Shown one piece after another: positions 10,130 to 20,813 of a stretch of 64,000 nt of DNA (position 1 is its first letter; each line of letters starts with the position of its first letter). The notes beneath the pieces are model-generated. The model was not told the DNA's origin and did not search any database. It saw nothing but the letters and a program-made list of their open reading frames with translations. Position numbers and translations under genes: made by a program. This stretch comes from an uncultured Ruminococcus sp. (GTDB taxonomy: Bacteria > Bacillota > Clostridia > Oscillospirales > CAG-272), in assembly GCA_964483225.1 (NCBI GenBank), contig CAZABU010000001.1, positions 26,049 through 90,048 on the forward strand, in the 5' to 3' direction.

Positions 10130-11111
10130 ATTCGTCTCCTGCGTTCAAAGTATCTCGAAGAATTGCTTCCACTTCGGAAAATTTTGTTGCGCGGTTGATC
10201 TGTGCGCGTATTTTTGCTGCTCCGCGGAAGCCCTGCAGATACAGAGCGATCTGCTTCCTTGCCTCTGGAATGGCTCGCCACTCCCCTTTCTCCTCGGTGG
10301 CAACGCGGAGCTGGAGCAGGGCAATCTCAATACGCTCGGCAAGGCTCGGCGGTTCATATCTGCCACCCTCCAGGGCGGCAAGTATTTCAGAGAAGATAAA
10401 TGGGTTTCCAACTGCCCCTCTACCGATGGCAATACCGTCGGCTCCGGTGTCGGAAAGCATAGAGAGCGCCTCGGCAGAATCTGTAATATCTCCATTGGCA
10501 ATCAAGGGAATTTGTAAAGCGTTCTTTACTTTTTCGATGATTTTTCGGTCTGCAAGACCGCTATACATCTGCACTCTTGTGCGGCCGTGCAGAGTCACCG
10601 CGGATGCACCTCCGGCCTCTGCTCGCAGGGCGCATTCCACCGCGTTGATCGAGGCGCCGTCAATGCCGGCGCGGAGCTTTACGGTGACCGGGAGCGGGGT
10701 TGCGGACTTAACGGCGGATACGATTTTTTCTATCCTTTGCGGGTCGCGCATCAGCGCGGAGCCCTCTCCGTTTGCAAATATCTTGTGGACGGGACAGCCC
10801 ATGTTTATATCTATCGCGGTGGGAGCGATTCCGATTTCGGGGGAGGAGAGCACTCTTGCCGCCTCGGCCATTACCTCGGGCTCGGAGCCGAAGATCTGCA
10901 GGGCTACGTCCCCCTCGTCGGGAAGTATAGCGGCGAGCTGCGCGGTCTTTTTATCGCGGTAGGTTACGGCCTTTGCGCTGATCATTTCGGTGACCGAAAG
11001 CTCCGCGCCGAAGCGACTGCATACAAGACGCATCGCCCTGTCGGAGTAGCCTGCCATAGGAGCAAGGCACAGGCCGTGCTTATAGAATTTATCACCGAGT
11101 CGGAATGCCAT
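10119..11111 (-). CDS. dusB: tRNA-dihydrouridine synthase
   Basis: Dus signatures are present: LAPMAGYSDRAMR and IDINMGCPVHKI. I prefer the start at MAFRLGDKF (11111) over the track start at 11171. Confidence 0.8.
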   Translation of the reverse strand: MAFRLGDKFYKHGLCLAPMAGYSDRAMRLVCSRFGAELSVTEMISAKAVTYRDKKTAQLAAILPDEGDVALQIFGSEPEVMAEAARVLSSPEIGIAPTAIDINMGCPVHKIFANGEGSALMRDPQRIEKIVSAVKSATPLPVTVKLRAGIDGASINAVECALRAEAGGASAVTLHGRTRVQMYSGLADRKIIEKVKNALQIPLIANGDITDSAEALSMLSDTGADGIAIGRGAVGNPFIFSEILAALEGGRYEPPSLAERIEIALLQLRVATEEKGEWRAIPEARKQIALYLQGFRGAAKIRAQINRATKFSEVEAILRDTLNAGDEYDE

Positions 11112-11211
11112 AGCCGTACCTCTCCTTTTCAACGTTGCATATATTTTACCATAAAAGGCGTGCGTTTGCAAGTATTTGTAAAAATAAATGCGAGCAGCTA
11201 TCCCAAACCCC

Positions 11212-11240
11212 TTGACCGAAGGGTAGTTTTATGTTAGAAT
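11212..11240 (+). promoter_or_regulatory. Sigma-70-type promoter upstream of galT (TTGACC-17-TGtTAGAAT)
   Basis: TTGACC is at 11212..11217, the spacer is 17 nt, and TAGAAT is at 11235..11240, preceded by TGt. Confidence 0.5.
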
Positions 11241-11271
11241 AGAGTCATAAATTTCACTTTTGGAGACGGTT

Positions 11272-12768
11272 ATGAAAATTGATAATCTTATAGCGGAGCT
11301 GGTCGCTTACAGCGTTGAGAGAGGGCTTATAGAGCCCACGGACGAGGCCTATGCGGTGGGCAGGCTTATGGAGATCCTCGGCCTCAGCGACTATTCGCCC
11401 GAAGGCCCCGCCTGTGGCAGGGCTCTTGCCGACGTTCTTTCTGATATGTGTGACTATGCCTATTCGAAGGGGCTGATGGATGGCGATTCGGTAGTATACC
11501 GCGATCTGTTTGATACAAAGCTTATGGGCGCCGTGGTTGACAGACCCTCCGGCGTTATCGGGAAATTCCGTAGTCTTTACGCGTCCTCTCCCGAGGCGGC
11601 AACCGACTATTTTTACCGTCTTGCCATTGACTCAAATTACATAAGGAGCGACAGGATCGCCAAGGATATGAAATGGCGCGTGGATTCCGAGTACGGCGAG
11701 ATCGACATAACCGTTAATCTCTCAAAGCCCGAGAAGGACCCCAAGGCCATTGCCGCGGCAAAGCTCCTGCCCCAGACGGGCTATCCCAAGTGCGCCCTTT
11801 GCCACGAGAACGAGGGATTTGCAGGCACTCTTTCCCAGGCGGCCCGTCAGACCCTGCGTCAGATCCCCTTCGATATGGGTGGGGAGAGATGGTATCTGCA
11901 GTATTCGCCTTACGTTTATTATAACGAGCATTGCATAGCCCTTTCCGCTGAGCATACTCCGATGAAGATCGACCGCTCCGGCTTCAAAAAGCTTCTTGGC
12001 TTCGTCACCGAGTTTCCTCATTATTTCATTGGCTCGAATGCCGATCTTCCCATTGTCGGCGGCTCCATACTTTCCCACGACCATATGCAGGGCGGAAGAT
12101 ACACCTTCCCTATGGCCGAGGCGGGAATAGAGCTGCCCATCAGCTTCCGTGGCTTTGAGGATATCACCGCCGGCATCGTCAGATGGCCTATGTCGGTAAT
12201 CCGACTGACCGGTGAGAACACCGAGCGGCTGGTGGAGCTGGCAGACAAAATTCTCGTCGCTTGGCGCTCCTATTCCGATCCGCAGGCGCAGATATTTGCC
12301 GAGAGCGAGGGCGTGCCTCATAATACGGTAACGCCTATCGCGCGCCGCAGAGGCGGTGCCTATGAGTTGGATATCGTTCTCCGTAATAACATCACCACAA
12401 AGGAGCATCCTCTCGGACTTTATCACCCCCACGCCGAGCACCACAGCATCAAGAAGGAGAACATCGGTCTTATCGAGGTAATGGGACTTGCCGTTCTTCC
12501 CGCAAGGCTGAAAAGCGAGATCGTTCTGATGTGCGATGCTGCTATCGCCGGCAAGAGCTTCCGCGATATTCCCGAGATAGAGAAGCACGCCGAGTGGTTT
12601 GAGAGCTTTTGCGAAAATTACGATTTTACCCCGGATTCCGCAGATGGAATATTCAAGACAGAGATAGGAAAGACCTTCGTCAGAGTGCTTCAGGATGCGG
12701 GCGTTTATAAGAATACCGCAGAGGGCAGAGAGGCCTTCCTCAGATTCATTGAAAGCGTAAATAATTAA
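11272..12768 (+). CDS. galT: Galactose-1-phosphate uridylyltransferase, type 2 (Firmicute-type, ~498 aa)
   Basis: The length and the GYPKCALCHENEGFAG segment are typical of family-2 GalT. GGAG SD lies 6 nt before the ATG at 11272. The track start at 11260 is a TTG with no SD. Confidence 0.8.
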   Translation: MKIDNLIAELVAYSVERGLIEPTDEAYAVGRLMEILGLSDYSPEGPACGRALADVLSDMCDYAYSKGLMDGDSVVYRDLFDTKLMGAVVDRPSGVIGKFRSLYASSPEAATDYFYRLAIDSNYIRSDRIAKDMKWRVDSEYGEIDITVNLSKPEKDPKAIAAAKLLPQTGYPKCALCHENEGFAGTLSQAARQTLRQIPFDMGGERWYLQYSPYVYYNEHCIALSAEHTPMKIDRSGFKKLLGFVTEFPHYFIGSNADLPIVGGSILSHDHMQGGRYTFPMAEAGIELPISFRGFEDITAGIVRWPMSVIRLTGENTERLVELADKILVAWRSYSDPQAQIFAESEGVPHNTVTPIARRRGGAYELDIVLRNNITTKEHPLGLYHPHAEHHSIKKENIGLIEVMGLAVLPARLKSEIVLMCDAAIAGKSFRDIPEIEKHAEWFESFCENYDFTPDSADGIFKTEIGKTFVRVLQDAGVYKNTAEGREAFLRFIESVNN

Positions 12769-12828
12769 CGGAAAAAGCGAAATAATGTAAATTAAAGATT
12801 ACAAAAAACCTTTTGGAAAGGAGAAGAT

Positions 12829-15800
12829 ATGGCAAGAGTGTGGACCGATGAGCAGCTTGCTGCGATAACGTCAAGGGGCAAGACCCTGCTCGTTTCTGCG
12901 GCGGCGGGCTCCGGAAAGACTGCTACGCTCACCGAGCGCGTGATCCGTCAGCTGACAGACAGGGAAAATCCCGTGGATATCACCTCTATGCTGGTGGTGA
13001 CCTTTACCAAAGCGGCGGCGGCAGAGCTGCGCGCAAAGATCGCGGCGGCACTTGAGGCGGCAGTACGCAAGGACCCCACAGATGCAAGGCTCGAGCGACA
13101 GCTGTTTCTTCTCCCCTCCGCTAAAATACGGACTATTGACAGCTTCTGCAGCGACGTGCTGCGGGCAAACTGCGACCGTGTCGGCATAAACGGCGGTTAC
13201 CGTATTGCGGATACCGCGGAATGCAGATTGCTTGCGGATTCGCTTATTAATTCTATGATCGATGCGACCTACGAGGGTGAGCTTCCGGGGATAGCGAGCC
13301 CGGAGGAGCTTGAAGCCCTTGCTGACTGTCTTACCGATTCAAAGCGCACCGAGGAGCTCTCCGAGGTGCTTCTTTCAATACATGAAAAATGCGAGTCTGA
13401 GGAGAATGGCATCGAGTCACTTCGGACTCTTATCGACCGTTACGATCCCGAAAAATTTACCACGGTGGACGAGAGCTTTTACGGCTCCTATCTTATGGAG
13501 CGCGTAAGGGAGATGCTTGATTTTTATATCTCTGCGCTTTCTCGCTACGAGCGTGCGATGCTCTCCGGTGGGGCGGGCGAGGTCAAATACGCAGACACGG
13601 TGGCGGCAGACCTGCTTATGCTCAGAGCTATGAGGGGTGCCGAGGATTACACCTCTCTTTCCGCTCTGATCTCGGAGCCGGTCTTTGTCAGAGTTCCGAG
13701 TGTAAAAAAGGCTGACAAGACCGATGCTATTCTCAATTACACCGAGCTCAGAACGATGATGAAGGAGGACCTGAAAAAATATGCGGGCTACTTCGTCTAC
13801 ACAGAAGATATGTGGCGAGAGCTGTTTTCGGGTCTTTACTCGCGTATGGGTACGCTTTACCGTTTCCTGCGGCACTTTGACGCCCTTTTCTTTGAGGAGA
13901 AGCGCCGCCGCTCGGCCTTTTCCTATGCCGACGTGGAAAGACTCTGCTATCGCTGTCTTATAAAGGATGGCAAGCCGACGGATATTGCACAAAATCTGGC
14001 GGGGCAGTTCTCTTACGTATATATCGACGAGTACCAGGATGTAAACGCTCTGCAGAACAGGATTTTCGAGGCGGTATCCCGTGAGGATAACCGCTTTATG
14101 GTTGGCGATATCAAGCAGAGCATATACGGCTTCCGCTCTGCGCGCCCCGAGATATTTGCCGAGATGCGCGCAAGCTTTCCGTCGATGGGAACGCCCTCTC
14201 CTCGCGCGTCCTTGTTTATGTCGAAGAATTTCAGATGTGACAGAGGCATCGTTGATTTTGTAAACGGCGTGTTTGACAAGGCCTTTGCCCTCGTTGGCGA
14301 GTCTATCGGCTATACCGACTCCGACAGACTTGAGTACGGGAAGGTGCACGATGGAGGCGAGCCGCCTCTGTCCTATCCAAAGGTGTATATGCTGGACAAG
14401 CCACCGCAAAAAAAGCGGGGAGACATTCCCGACGAGGACGATACCGATACCGTCACCGCCGAGGCCGCCGCTATCGCCGAGAAAATCCGCGAGCTGCTCT
14501 CCTCGGGCAGACTCGATAACGGTTCTCCGATAAAGCCGTCGGATATTGCGATAATTCTGCGAAACGCAAAAAACAAGGCCCCCATTTATGCGGAGGCGTT
14601 GAGGGCTGTGTCCATACCTGCGGAGATATCCGATGCCAAGGACTTCTTCCTTTCGCCGGAGGTGCTTCTTGCTCTTTGTCTGCTTAACTCCATCGACAAT
14701 CCGCGCAGGGATATCTATCTTGCCGGTGCCATGTGCTCGCCGCTGTTTTCCTTTGATGCCGACGATCTTTACCGTATCAGAAGCAGAGAGGGCGCAGTTA
14801 AGGACGAGCCGCTTTATGAGGCGCTGGTCGCCTACGTTGAAGGTCATCCCGAATATGAAAAGGGGCATCGTTTCCTTGATAAGCTGCGATATTACCGTGC
14901 TATAGCCGAGGGCGTTGGTGTGGATACCCTTCTTTATAAGCTCTACCACGAGACCGGGCTTCTTGCTCTCGCCTCTGCCGGCGGTGGCAGGGAAAACCTG
15001 ACCGTGCTTTACGATTATGCCAGGAGCTACGAGTCCGGAGCCTTTAAGGGGCTTTACAATTTCATTAACTTCGTCAACAATCTCATTGATAAAAAAACCA
15101 CCTTTGACGAGCCGCGCGCCTCGGATAATCCCGATGCCGTGCGCATCGTTACCTGCCACGGCTCAAAGGGTCTTGAATATCCCGTGGTATTCCTTGCCAA
15201 TGCGGGTAACCGCATCGTGGATATGGACGCCAAGGCAGGGCTGGTGTATTCCGGCGGCTTTGGTATAGCCTTCCGGCTTCGCACGCCCTCCGGGCTGTCC
15301 TCGGTGGATAACCCTGTGCGTGAAATGATAAAAATTTATTCCTTCCGTAAGATGTACGAGGAGGAGCTACGCGTGCTTTACGTTGCTCTCACCCGTGCAA
15401 GAGAGCAGCTCTACTGTGTGGGTACCTGCCCCAAGGTCAACCGGGAGGAGTATGATATAAGGCTTGACACCCTGCGCGAGAACCTCGGACCCTATCTTTT
15501 GCGCAAGCTCTCGTCCTATCTTGAGATAATCCTCGTAACGGGCGATCTGACAGTTCCGCTTGAGCTTGCGGCTCCGGCTTCGTTGCAGGCGGATGAAGCT
15601 GCAGAGTGTGAGAGGCCTGCCCCCGAGCTCTCCGATTATGAATCCAAGGATGCGGAATTTGCGGCAGAGGCGGTTGTTGAGCCAGATGCGGAGCTGGTTT
15701 CGGAGCTTACGCGACGCTTTACCTATACCTACCCCGATCCGTATCTGTCCGTCCTGCCCGAGAAGATGTCTGTATCTCGCGCGTCGCCTACGGTGCTTGA

Positions 15801-16446
15801 CGGCGTACCCGAGGGCGAGCTGATAATTGATACAGAGGATAAAAAGCGCACCCTTCCTGCGTTTATGGAGGGAAGAGCCGCCGAGGAATCGGCCAAGCGA
15901 GGTATAGCGACTCACTACTTTATGCAGTTCTGCGACCTGGAGCGGCTTGTCCGCGAGGGAGGTGCGGCAGAGCTTTCACGGCTTGTGTCCGAGGGGTATA
16001 TTTCCGAGAGGGACGGCGAGCGCGTCAGACTCGACGAGATCGAGCTTTTCAGAAGCTCGGAGCTTCTCCGGAAAATGCGTGCGGCAAGAAAGCTTTATCG
16101 CGAGCTGCGCTTTAACGTGCGTATGCCGGCAGAGCAATTTACCGAAAATCCCGAGGCGGTGACCGCTTATAGCGGAAGGCACGTGCTGGTGCAGGGCGTC
16201 ATTGACTGTATCGCGGTGGGCGAGGACGGCTCCGTGCTGCTGGTGGATTACAAGACCGACAGACTTACGCGCGAGGAGCTTGCCGACAAGGCACTGGCCG
16301 AGAGGACTCTCAGAGAAAAGCACGGCGTCCAGCTTTCTTATTACGCGGCGGCGGTCGAGAGCATCTTCGGCGTAAGACCGAGGAGCATCGAGGTATACTC
16401 GCTTCCTCTCGGTGATACGGTCGACGTGGATATAAGCGGCAGGTGA
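12829..16446 (+). CDS. addA: ATP-dependent helicase/nuclease subunit A (UvrD-like SF1 helicase + C-terminal PD-(D/E)xK nuclease), 1205 aa
   Basis: Evidence: Walker A AAAGSGKT, YIDEYQD Walker B, LTVLYDYARS, VALTRAREQL, and the C-terminal nuclease motif QGVIDCIAV...LLVDYKTD. AAGGAG SD. Confidence 0.85.
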   Translation: MARVWTDEQLAAITSRGKTLLVSAAAGSGKTATLTERVIRQLTDRENPVDITSMLVVTFTKAAAAELRAKIAAALEAAVRKDPTDARLERQLFLLPSAKIRTIDSFCSDVLRANCDRVGINGGYRIADTAECRLLADSLINSMIDATYEGELPGIASPEELEALADCLTDSKRTEELSEVLLSIHEKCESEENGIESLRTLIDRYDPEKFTTVDESFYGSYLMERVREMLDFYISALSRYERAMLSGGAGEVKYADTVAADLLMLRAMRGAEDYTSLSALISEPVFVRVPSVKKADKTDAILNYTELRTMMKEDLKKYAGYFVYTEDMWRELFSGLYSRMGTLYRFLRHFDALFFEEKRRRSAFSYADVERLCYRCLIKDGKPTDIAQNLAGQFSYVYIDEYQDVNALQNRIFEAVSREDNRFMVGDIKQSIYGFRSARPEIFAEMRASFPSMGTPSPRASLFMSKNFRCDRGIVDFVNGVFDKAFALVGESIGYTDSDRLEYGKVHDGGEPPLSYPKVYMLDKPPQKKRGDIPDEDDTDTVTAEAAAIAEKIRELLSSGRLDNGSPIKPSDIAIILRNAKNKAPIYAEALRAVSIPAEISDAKDFFLSPEVLLALCLLNSIDNPRRDIYLAGAMCSPLFSFDADDLYRIRSREGAVKDEPLYEALVAYVEGHPEYEKGHRFLDKLRYYRAIAEGVGVDTLLYKLYHETGLLALASAGGGRENLTVLYDYARSYESGAFKGLYNFINFVNNLIDKKTTFDEPRASDNPDAVRIVTCHGSKGLEYPVVFLANAGNRIVDMDAKAGLVYSGGFGIAFRLRTPSGLSSVDNPVREMIKIYSFRKMYEEELRVLYVALTRAREQLYCVGTCPKVNREEYDIRLDTLRENLGPYLLRKLSSYLEIILVTGDLTVPLELAAPASLQADEAAECERPAPELSDYESKDAEFAAEAVVEPDAELVSELTRRFTYTYPDPYLSVLPEKMSVSRASPTVLDGVPEGELIIDTEDKKRTLPAFMEGRAAEESAKRGIATHYFMQFCDLERLVREGGAAELSRLVSEGYISERDGERVRLDEIELFRSSELLRKMRAARKLYRELRFNVRMPAEQFTENPEAVTAYSGRHVLVQGVIDCIAVGEDGSVLLVDYKTDRLTREELADKALAERTLREKHGVQLSYYAAAVESIFGVRPRSIEVYSLPLGDTVDVDISGR

Positions 16447-16560
16447 CCGCGGGCAGTCCTTTCATAGGCGTTTTTCCTCGGAAGAGTAATGGAAGTGGGG
16501 ATAAAACGTCGAAAAAGTGCATAGATTCCCCGCTTTTTAAGGATAATTTACAAATATCTC

Positions 16561-16589
16561 TTGCAAAAATGCAAAAAATAGTGTACAAT
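16561..16589 (+). promoter_or_regulatory. Sigma-70-type promoter (TTGCAA-17-TGtTACAAT)
   Basis: TTGCAA is at 16561..16566, the spacer is 17 nt, and TACAAT is at 16584..16589, preceded by TGt. It sits about 50 nt upstream of the GTG at 16642. Confidence 0.55.
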
Positions 16590-16641
16590 ATTAGAGTAAT
16601 GTGCGGATTTTGTTCGCCGATGATGAAAGGAGGAGCCTACC

Positions 16642-17082
16642 GTGAGTAGAAAAAAGAAAAAGCTTATGAAGATAAACGAGAGCTTTCTCGATGCGTACGT
16701 AAGAATGGATATGATCTGTTGCGAGAAGTTCGGAATCGCCACCGGCGGCGCCACCGAGTATATCAACAGGCTTATCAATAGCCGCTTTGCTCCCGGGCGG
16801 GACGAGGTTCTGCCTCGACTTGTGAAGTACAGAAATATCCGCAATAGGATCGCTCACGAGGAGAACGCGCTCTTCACCATCGACGAGCTCACAAAGTCAG
16901 ATATCAAGTGGCTCGGCGCCTTCGGAAAGACCATCAGCAAGAAAAAGGATCCTATATCGGTATATCTTCGCCGTGCGCGCAGATATGCTCGGCGCCGCAA
17001 GCTCCTTCGGTGGGGTATATTTATTTTCGTCCTGCTTCTTATAGCGGGAGCTGCTGCTCTGTATTTCCTGTACTTTAAGTAA
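16642..17082 (+). CDS. Small C-terminally membrane-anchored protein with an RNRIAH (Rx4H, HEPN-like) motif, 146 aa
   Basis: GTG start with AAAGGAGGAG SD 6 nt upstream. The motif YRNIRNRIAHEE is at 16840..16857. A basic stretch is followed by one C-terminal TM helix (WGIFIFVLLLIAGAAALYFLYF). Confidence 0.6.
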   Translation: MSRKKKKLMKINESFLDAYVRMDMICCEKFGIATGGATEYINRLINSRFAPGRDEVLPRLVKYRNIRNRIAHEENALFTIDELTKSDIKWLGAFGKTISKKKDPISVYLRRARRYARRRKLLRWGIFIFVLLLIAGAAALYFLYFK

Positions 17083-17110
17083 AAAATCAGGGGCTGTCGC
17101 ATTTAGGCGC

Positions 17111-17160
17111 AACCGAATAAAAAACGACAGAAGCATTGTCATAACAGTGTTTCTGTCGTT
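17111..17160. terminator. Stem-loop terminator in a convergent intergenic region
   Basis: A 10-bp stem (AACGACAGAA 17123..17132 / TTCTGTCGTT 17151..17160) is followed on the minus strand by TTTTATTCGG. It could serve either or both of the convergent genes. Confidence 0.45.
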
Positions 17161-17448
17161 TACTTATGCGAATTTTAAGAAATTAAGGCGGAAAACCTAC
17201 GGTTTTCTTCGTTTTAATTTAAGTTTTTATTCTATCCTCGTTTCCTCGCTCGCCGTATTTTTATACGGCTATCGCTCGTCAGCCAAGGATTTTCGCTCTA
17301 AATCCGTTCGCCCCGGTTCTGTTCTCATTAAGAATTCGCTAAATCTTTCTGACTGCATTTTTTCTGTTTTTGCATTGATTTTACTGAATTCTTAATGAGA
17401 CAAGCCCCTTTCTTATGCGTGCGCTTGTTTGTTTTCAGTACTTGCCCT

Positions 17449-19233
17449 TTATGCTTCCTTAGGAGCGGCGAGGGTATATTTCTGCTTGTACTGCTGATAC
17501 TTTTCTTCAAACTCGGGGCTACCGTGTTTGATATCGTAAAGATATTTGTGCATATCGAGAGCCTCGAAGGCGGATATCTCGATCACACAGCTGGCGATGT
17601 TGGAGCAATGGTCGGAAACGCGCTCAAGGTCGTTGAGCATATCCGCAAGAATGAAGCCGTGCTCGATGGTGCATTCGCTCTTTTGCAGACGGAGAACGTG
17701 GCCGAGCTTGATCTGATCCTTTAGATCGTCAACGACCTGCTCCAGGGGCTCGATCTCACGGGCGAGGGCAACGTCGTTGCGGAGGAAGGCCTCCTCGGTC
17801 ATACGAAGGATCTCCTCAACCGCGGAGCGGAGAACGGAGAGCTCCTGCTGAGCCTGGGGAGAGAAGGAGAGCTTCTTGCCCTTCATTTCCTCTGCCGATT
17901 CGACCAGGTTGACGGCGTGGTCGGAGATACGCTCAAAATCGCCGATTATATGAAGGAGCTTAGTTATCTGAGCGGAATCGCGCTCGCCGAGCTCATAGCT
18001 CGATAGCTTTACAAGATAGGAGCCGAGGGTGTCCTCGTAAGTGTCCGCCTTGGATTCAAGATCACGGATCTTATCCGCCTCCTTGACGTCGTAGGCATCA
18101 AGCAGGGCAAGGGAGCTTCTGAAGGCTCCGCAGGCGATCTCTGCCATAGCACCGGTGACCTCGGTTGCTCTCGCAACTGCAAAGGCGGGGGTCTCAAGCA
18201 GACGCTCGTCGAGGAGATTCTGGCTTTCCTTCTCGTCGGGAGAGTCCTTGATGGTAAGACGGGCGAGCTTTTCAAGATAACGGTAGAAGGGAGATATAAG
18301 TGCTACGGAAATTATCTTGAATACCGTGTGGACGACAGCAACGCCCCACATATCTATGGTACTGCCGACAAAGGCAAAGGAGAATATCCAGTTGAGAAGA
18401 TAGAAGCCGGAAAGGACTACGGTAACGCCGATAATGTTGAAGTAAAGATGAATAAGAGCCGCGCGCTTACCGTTCCTGCCTGCGCCGATAGAGGATATGA
18501 GAGCGGTAACGCAGGTACCGATGTTCTGACCCATGACGATGGGAATTGCTGCGCCGTAGGTGATGGCGCCGGTGGTGGTCATAGTCTGGAGAATACCCAC
18601 GGAGGCGGAGGAGGACTGAACGATCGCGGTCAGGATAAGACCTGCCATCACGCCGAGGATCGGGTTCTCGAACATTGTAAGAATGGATCTGAATTCCTCG
18701 CTGGTGTTAAGAACGCTCATAGACTCGGACATTATGTCCATACCGGTCATAAGAACGGCAAAGCCAAGAAGAATACAGCCGATGTCGCGCTTCTTTCCGC
18801 GCTTGGTGAACATGAGCAGACAAATTCCGGCCAGGGCGACCAAAGGCAGCCAGGAGGAGGGCTTCAGGAACTTCAGGGCGTCTACGACTTCGCCGGCGCC
18901 GCTTCCGCCAATACCGGACATTGCGGTGAGCCAGGAGGTAACTGCGGTACCAACGTTGGCACCCATAATAACGCCGACGGACTGAAGCAGGGTCATCGTG
19001 CCGGAGTTAACAAAGCCGACTACCATGACCGTGGTTGCGGAGGAGGACTGAATTACGGCGGTAACGCCAAGTCCGAGAAGGAAGCCCTTGAGGGGGCTGG
19101 AGGTCATCTTGCCGAGCAGGGTCTTGAGGCTGGAGCCGGCACTCTTTTTGAGCGAGTCACCCATAACCTCCATACCGTAGAGGAAGAGGGCCAGACCGCA
19201 CAGCAAAGACAGAATGTCGAAAATACTGATCAT
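17449..19233 (-). CDS. Na+/phosphate cotransporter family protein with C-terminal PhoU-like domains, 594 aa
   Basis: The N-terminus MISIFDILSLLCGLALFLYGMEVMGDSLKK is typical of NptA-type Na/Pi cotransporters. It has multiple TM helices and two PhoU-like helical repeats (ERISDH / ERVSDH). Confidence 0.8.
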   Translation of the reverse strand: MISIFDILSLLCGLALFLYGMEVMGDSLKKSAGSSLKTLLGKMTSSPLKGFLLGLGVTAVIQSSSATTVMVVGFVNSGTMTLLQSVGVIMGANVGTAVTSWLTAMSGIGGSGAGEVVDALKFLKPSSWLPLVALAGICLLMFTKRGKKRDIGCILLGFAVLMTGMDIMSESMSVLNTSEEFRSILTMFENPILGVMAGLILTAIVQSSSASVGILQTMTTTGAITYGAAIPIVMGQNIGTCVTALISSIGAGRNGKRAALIHLYFNIIGVTVVLSGFYLLNWIFSFAFVGSTIDMWGVAVVHTVFKIISVALISPFYRYLEKLARLTIKDSPDEKESQNLLDERLLETPAFAVARATEVTGAMAEIACGAFRSSLALLDAYDVKEADKIRDLESKADTYEDTLGSYLVKLSSYELGERDSAQITKLLHIIGDFERISDHAVNLVESAEEMKGKKLSFSPQAQQELSVLRSAVEEILRMTEEAFLRNDVALAREIEPLEQVVDDLKDQIKLGHVLRLQKSECTIEHGFILADMLNDLERVSDHCSNIASCVIEISAFEALDMHKYLYDIKHGSPEFEEKYQQYKQKYTLAAPKEA

Positions 19234-19442
19234 TTGGGAAATACCTTTCGTTTGTTTAGGGTTTGATAAGTTTTATCAAAATAATGGTGAAAAAGTCAAA
19301 TTTTCACTAATAGTATTTTAACTTATCACACTAAAAAAGTCAAGAGAAAAGTAAAATTTGAGAAAATAAAGAGTTAGAACTGTGTTAAGTGTATGTAAAG
19401 CGCTTTCCGGATATCGGCGGGCTGAAAATCGTACTATATCGT

Positions 19443-19500
19443 GAAAAACAAAAGAAAAACGCCAAAAATGCAAACCAAAGCTTGCAAAATCGGCGTTTTA
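19443..19500 (-). terminator. Rho-independent terminator after the 422-aa gene
   Basis: The stem AAAACGCC (19457..19464) / GGCGTTTT (19493..19500) is followed on the minus strand by TCTTTTGTTTTT. Confidence 0.55.
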
Positions 19501-19507
19501 TCATAGG

Positions 19508-20776
19508 TTAAACAAAGCTCTGCGTATCAAAAAGAGCGGAATCCCATTCGGGGAGAGGTTCGGTCTTTAAGGCGGGCTTTGCCGCGGTGAGAGCCTCAAG
19601 GAAGCGCCCGGAGTCCTCTGCACCGTAAACGGGAATACGGGGCAGCTCCAATATCTCATAGAGAGAGGTCAGGCAACCGAGTGCCAGAAGAATGGCATTC
19701 ATATCACCGCACCGCTCGCCCTTGGGCACCACGGGGCAGCCCTGGGACACGTGGCCGGAGCGATAGGTGAAATAGGAAAAGGAGCCGTCGGCCTCGAATT
19801 TATATGGCGTGAGCCTTTGGGTTACGGCAGTTATAATCCCCGCAGCAGATTCCGCAATGCGGGCGCGGAATTTGGGTATAAGCTCTTCTCTGCCGGTGAG
19901 GCGGAGGTTGGTAAGTAGGTTCGAGATAGCGTTTGGAGGATTGTAGATTCCGGTGATTGAGGTAGGCTGCTCGTCGGATACCGCCACCGCAATCGCGCTC
20001 TCGAGGGTGCGCTCAATGTTGTAGATGGGAGCTTTCAGAATGTTGTGAGCAGCGGAGAGCTTGAGCAGTCCGGATACACCGTTAAAGGCAACACCCGGCT
20101 CCCAGAGGCCGTTGTCGGCAAACTGCTTTTCTTTGAGGAACTTGATCTGCAGGTCGGCGTTTCCTGCTGCAATTATCATCTCGGTCTGGCTGGAGAGCTG
20201 CTGCCCCTTTACGTAGGAGTCGGCATTCAGGTTGAGGCCTTCCATATACTCCCAAAGGAGCTTTCTGTCTTTGATGTAGTCAGGGACAGAGTCGGGGGCA
20301 CTGCCGCTTTTCATCTGATCGGTGGCGTAAGGGTAGGGCGGCTCTGCGCCAAAGTCCTTCAGAATCTGACGCGCCCACATCAGGTCACGTCCCTTCCGCG
20401 AGGGCTTTATCACCTTTCCCCACTGGGGGTGGTAAAAGTAGCCCTCGGGTGCCTGCAGGCTTTTCGTATACTCAACTATCGTTTCTTTGATATTTGTTGG
20501 TAAAAAGTCGGAGTATCTTCCGCTGCTGACGTCGGCGAGGCCGGAATTGGAAATAAACGTAAGGGCCTGCCTTGTGGACTCAATATCGGGAAGGTAACGC
20601 TGAATAGACTTTGATTTAGTGGAATAATAGAAGCCGCCGACGGCGGGGTCATAGGCTTCTGCGACCCAGAGATACACTCTGTCGTCAAAGAGGGAATATA
20701 GCTTCTCCAGCGCCTCGCGGGCCTTTCTGCCGTAGGATTTCTCCACGGCGGAAAATCCGTATTTTTTAGTATTCAT
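19508..20776 (-). CDS. Cytoplasmic stand-alone copy of a conserved alpha/alpha-toroid-like domain (prenyltransferase/terpene-cyclase-like repeats), 422 aa
   Basis: No signal peptide. Motifs YLWVAEAYDPAVGGFYYS, LPDIESTRQAL, YFYHPQWG, SRKGRDL, NGLWE, SGLLKLS, IYNPPNAISNLL and DGSFSYF are shared with internal regions of the 1098-aa and 1731-aa proteins. Confidence 0.6.
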   Translation of the reverse strand: MNTKKYGFSAVEKSYGRKAREALEKLYSLFDDRVYLWVAEAYDPAVGGFYYSTKSKSIQRYLPDIESTRQALTFISNSGLADVSSGRYSDFLPTNIKETIVEYTKSLQAPEGYFYHPQWGKVIKPSRKGRDLMWARQILKDFGAEPPYPYATDQMKSGSAPDSVPDYIKDRKLLWEYMEGLNLNADSYVKGQQLSSQTEMIIAAGNADLQIKFLKEKQFADNGLWEPGVAFNGVSGLLKLSAAHNILKAPIYNIERTLESAIAVAVSDEQPTSITGIYNPPNAISNLLTNLRLTGREELIPKFRARIAESAAGIITAVTQRLTPYKFEADGSFSYFTYRSGHVSQGCPVVPKGERCGDMNAILLALGCLTSLYEILELPRIPVYGAEDSGRFLEALTAAKPALKTEPLPEWDSALFDTQSFV

Positions 20777-20813
20777 TTTCTTCTCCTTTGCCGTGAAGGC
20801 TGTGGGTTACGGT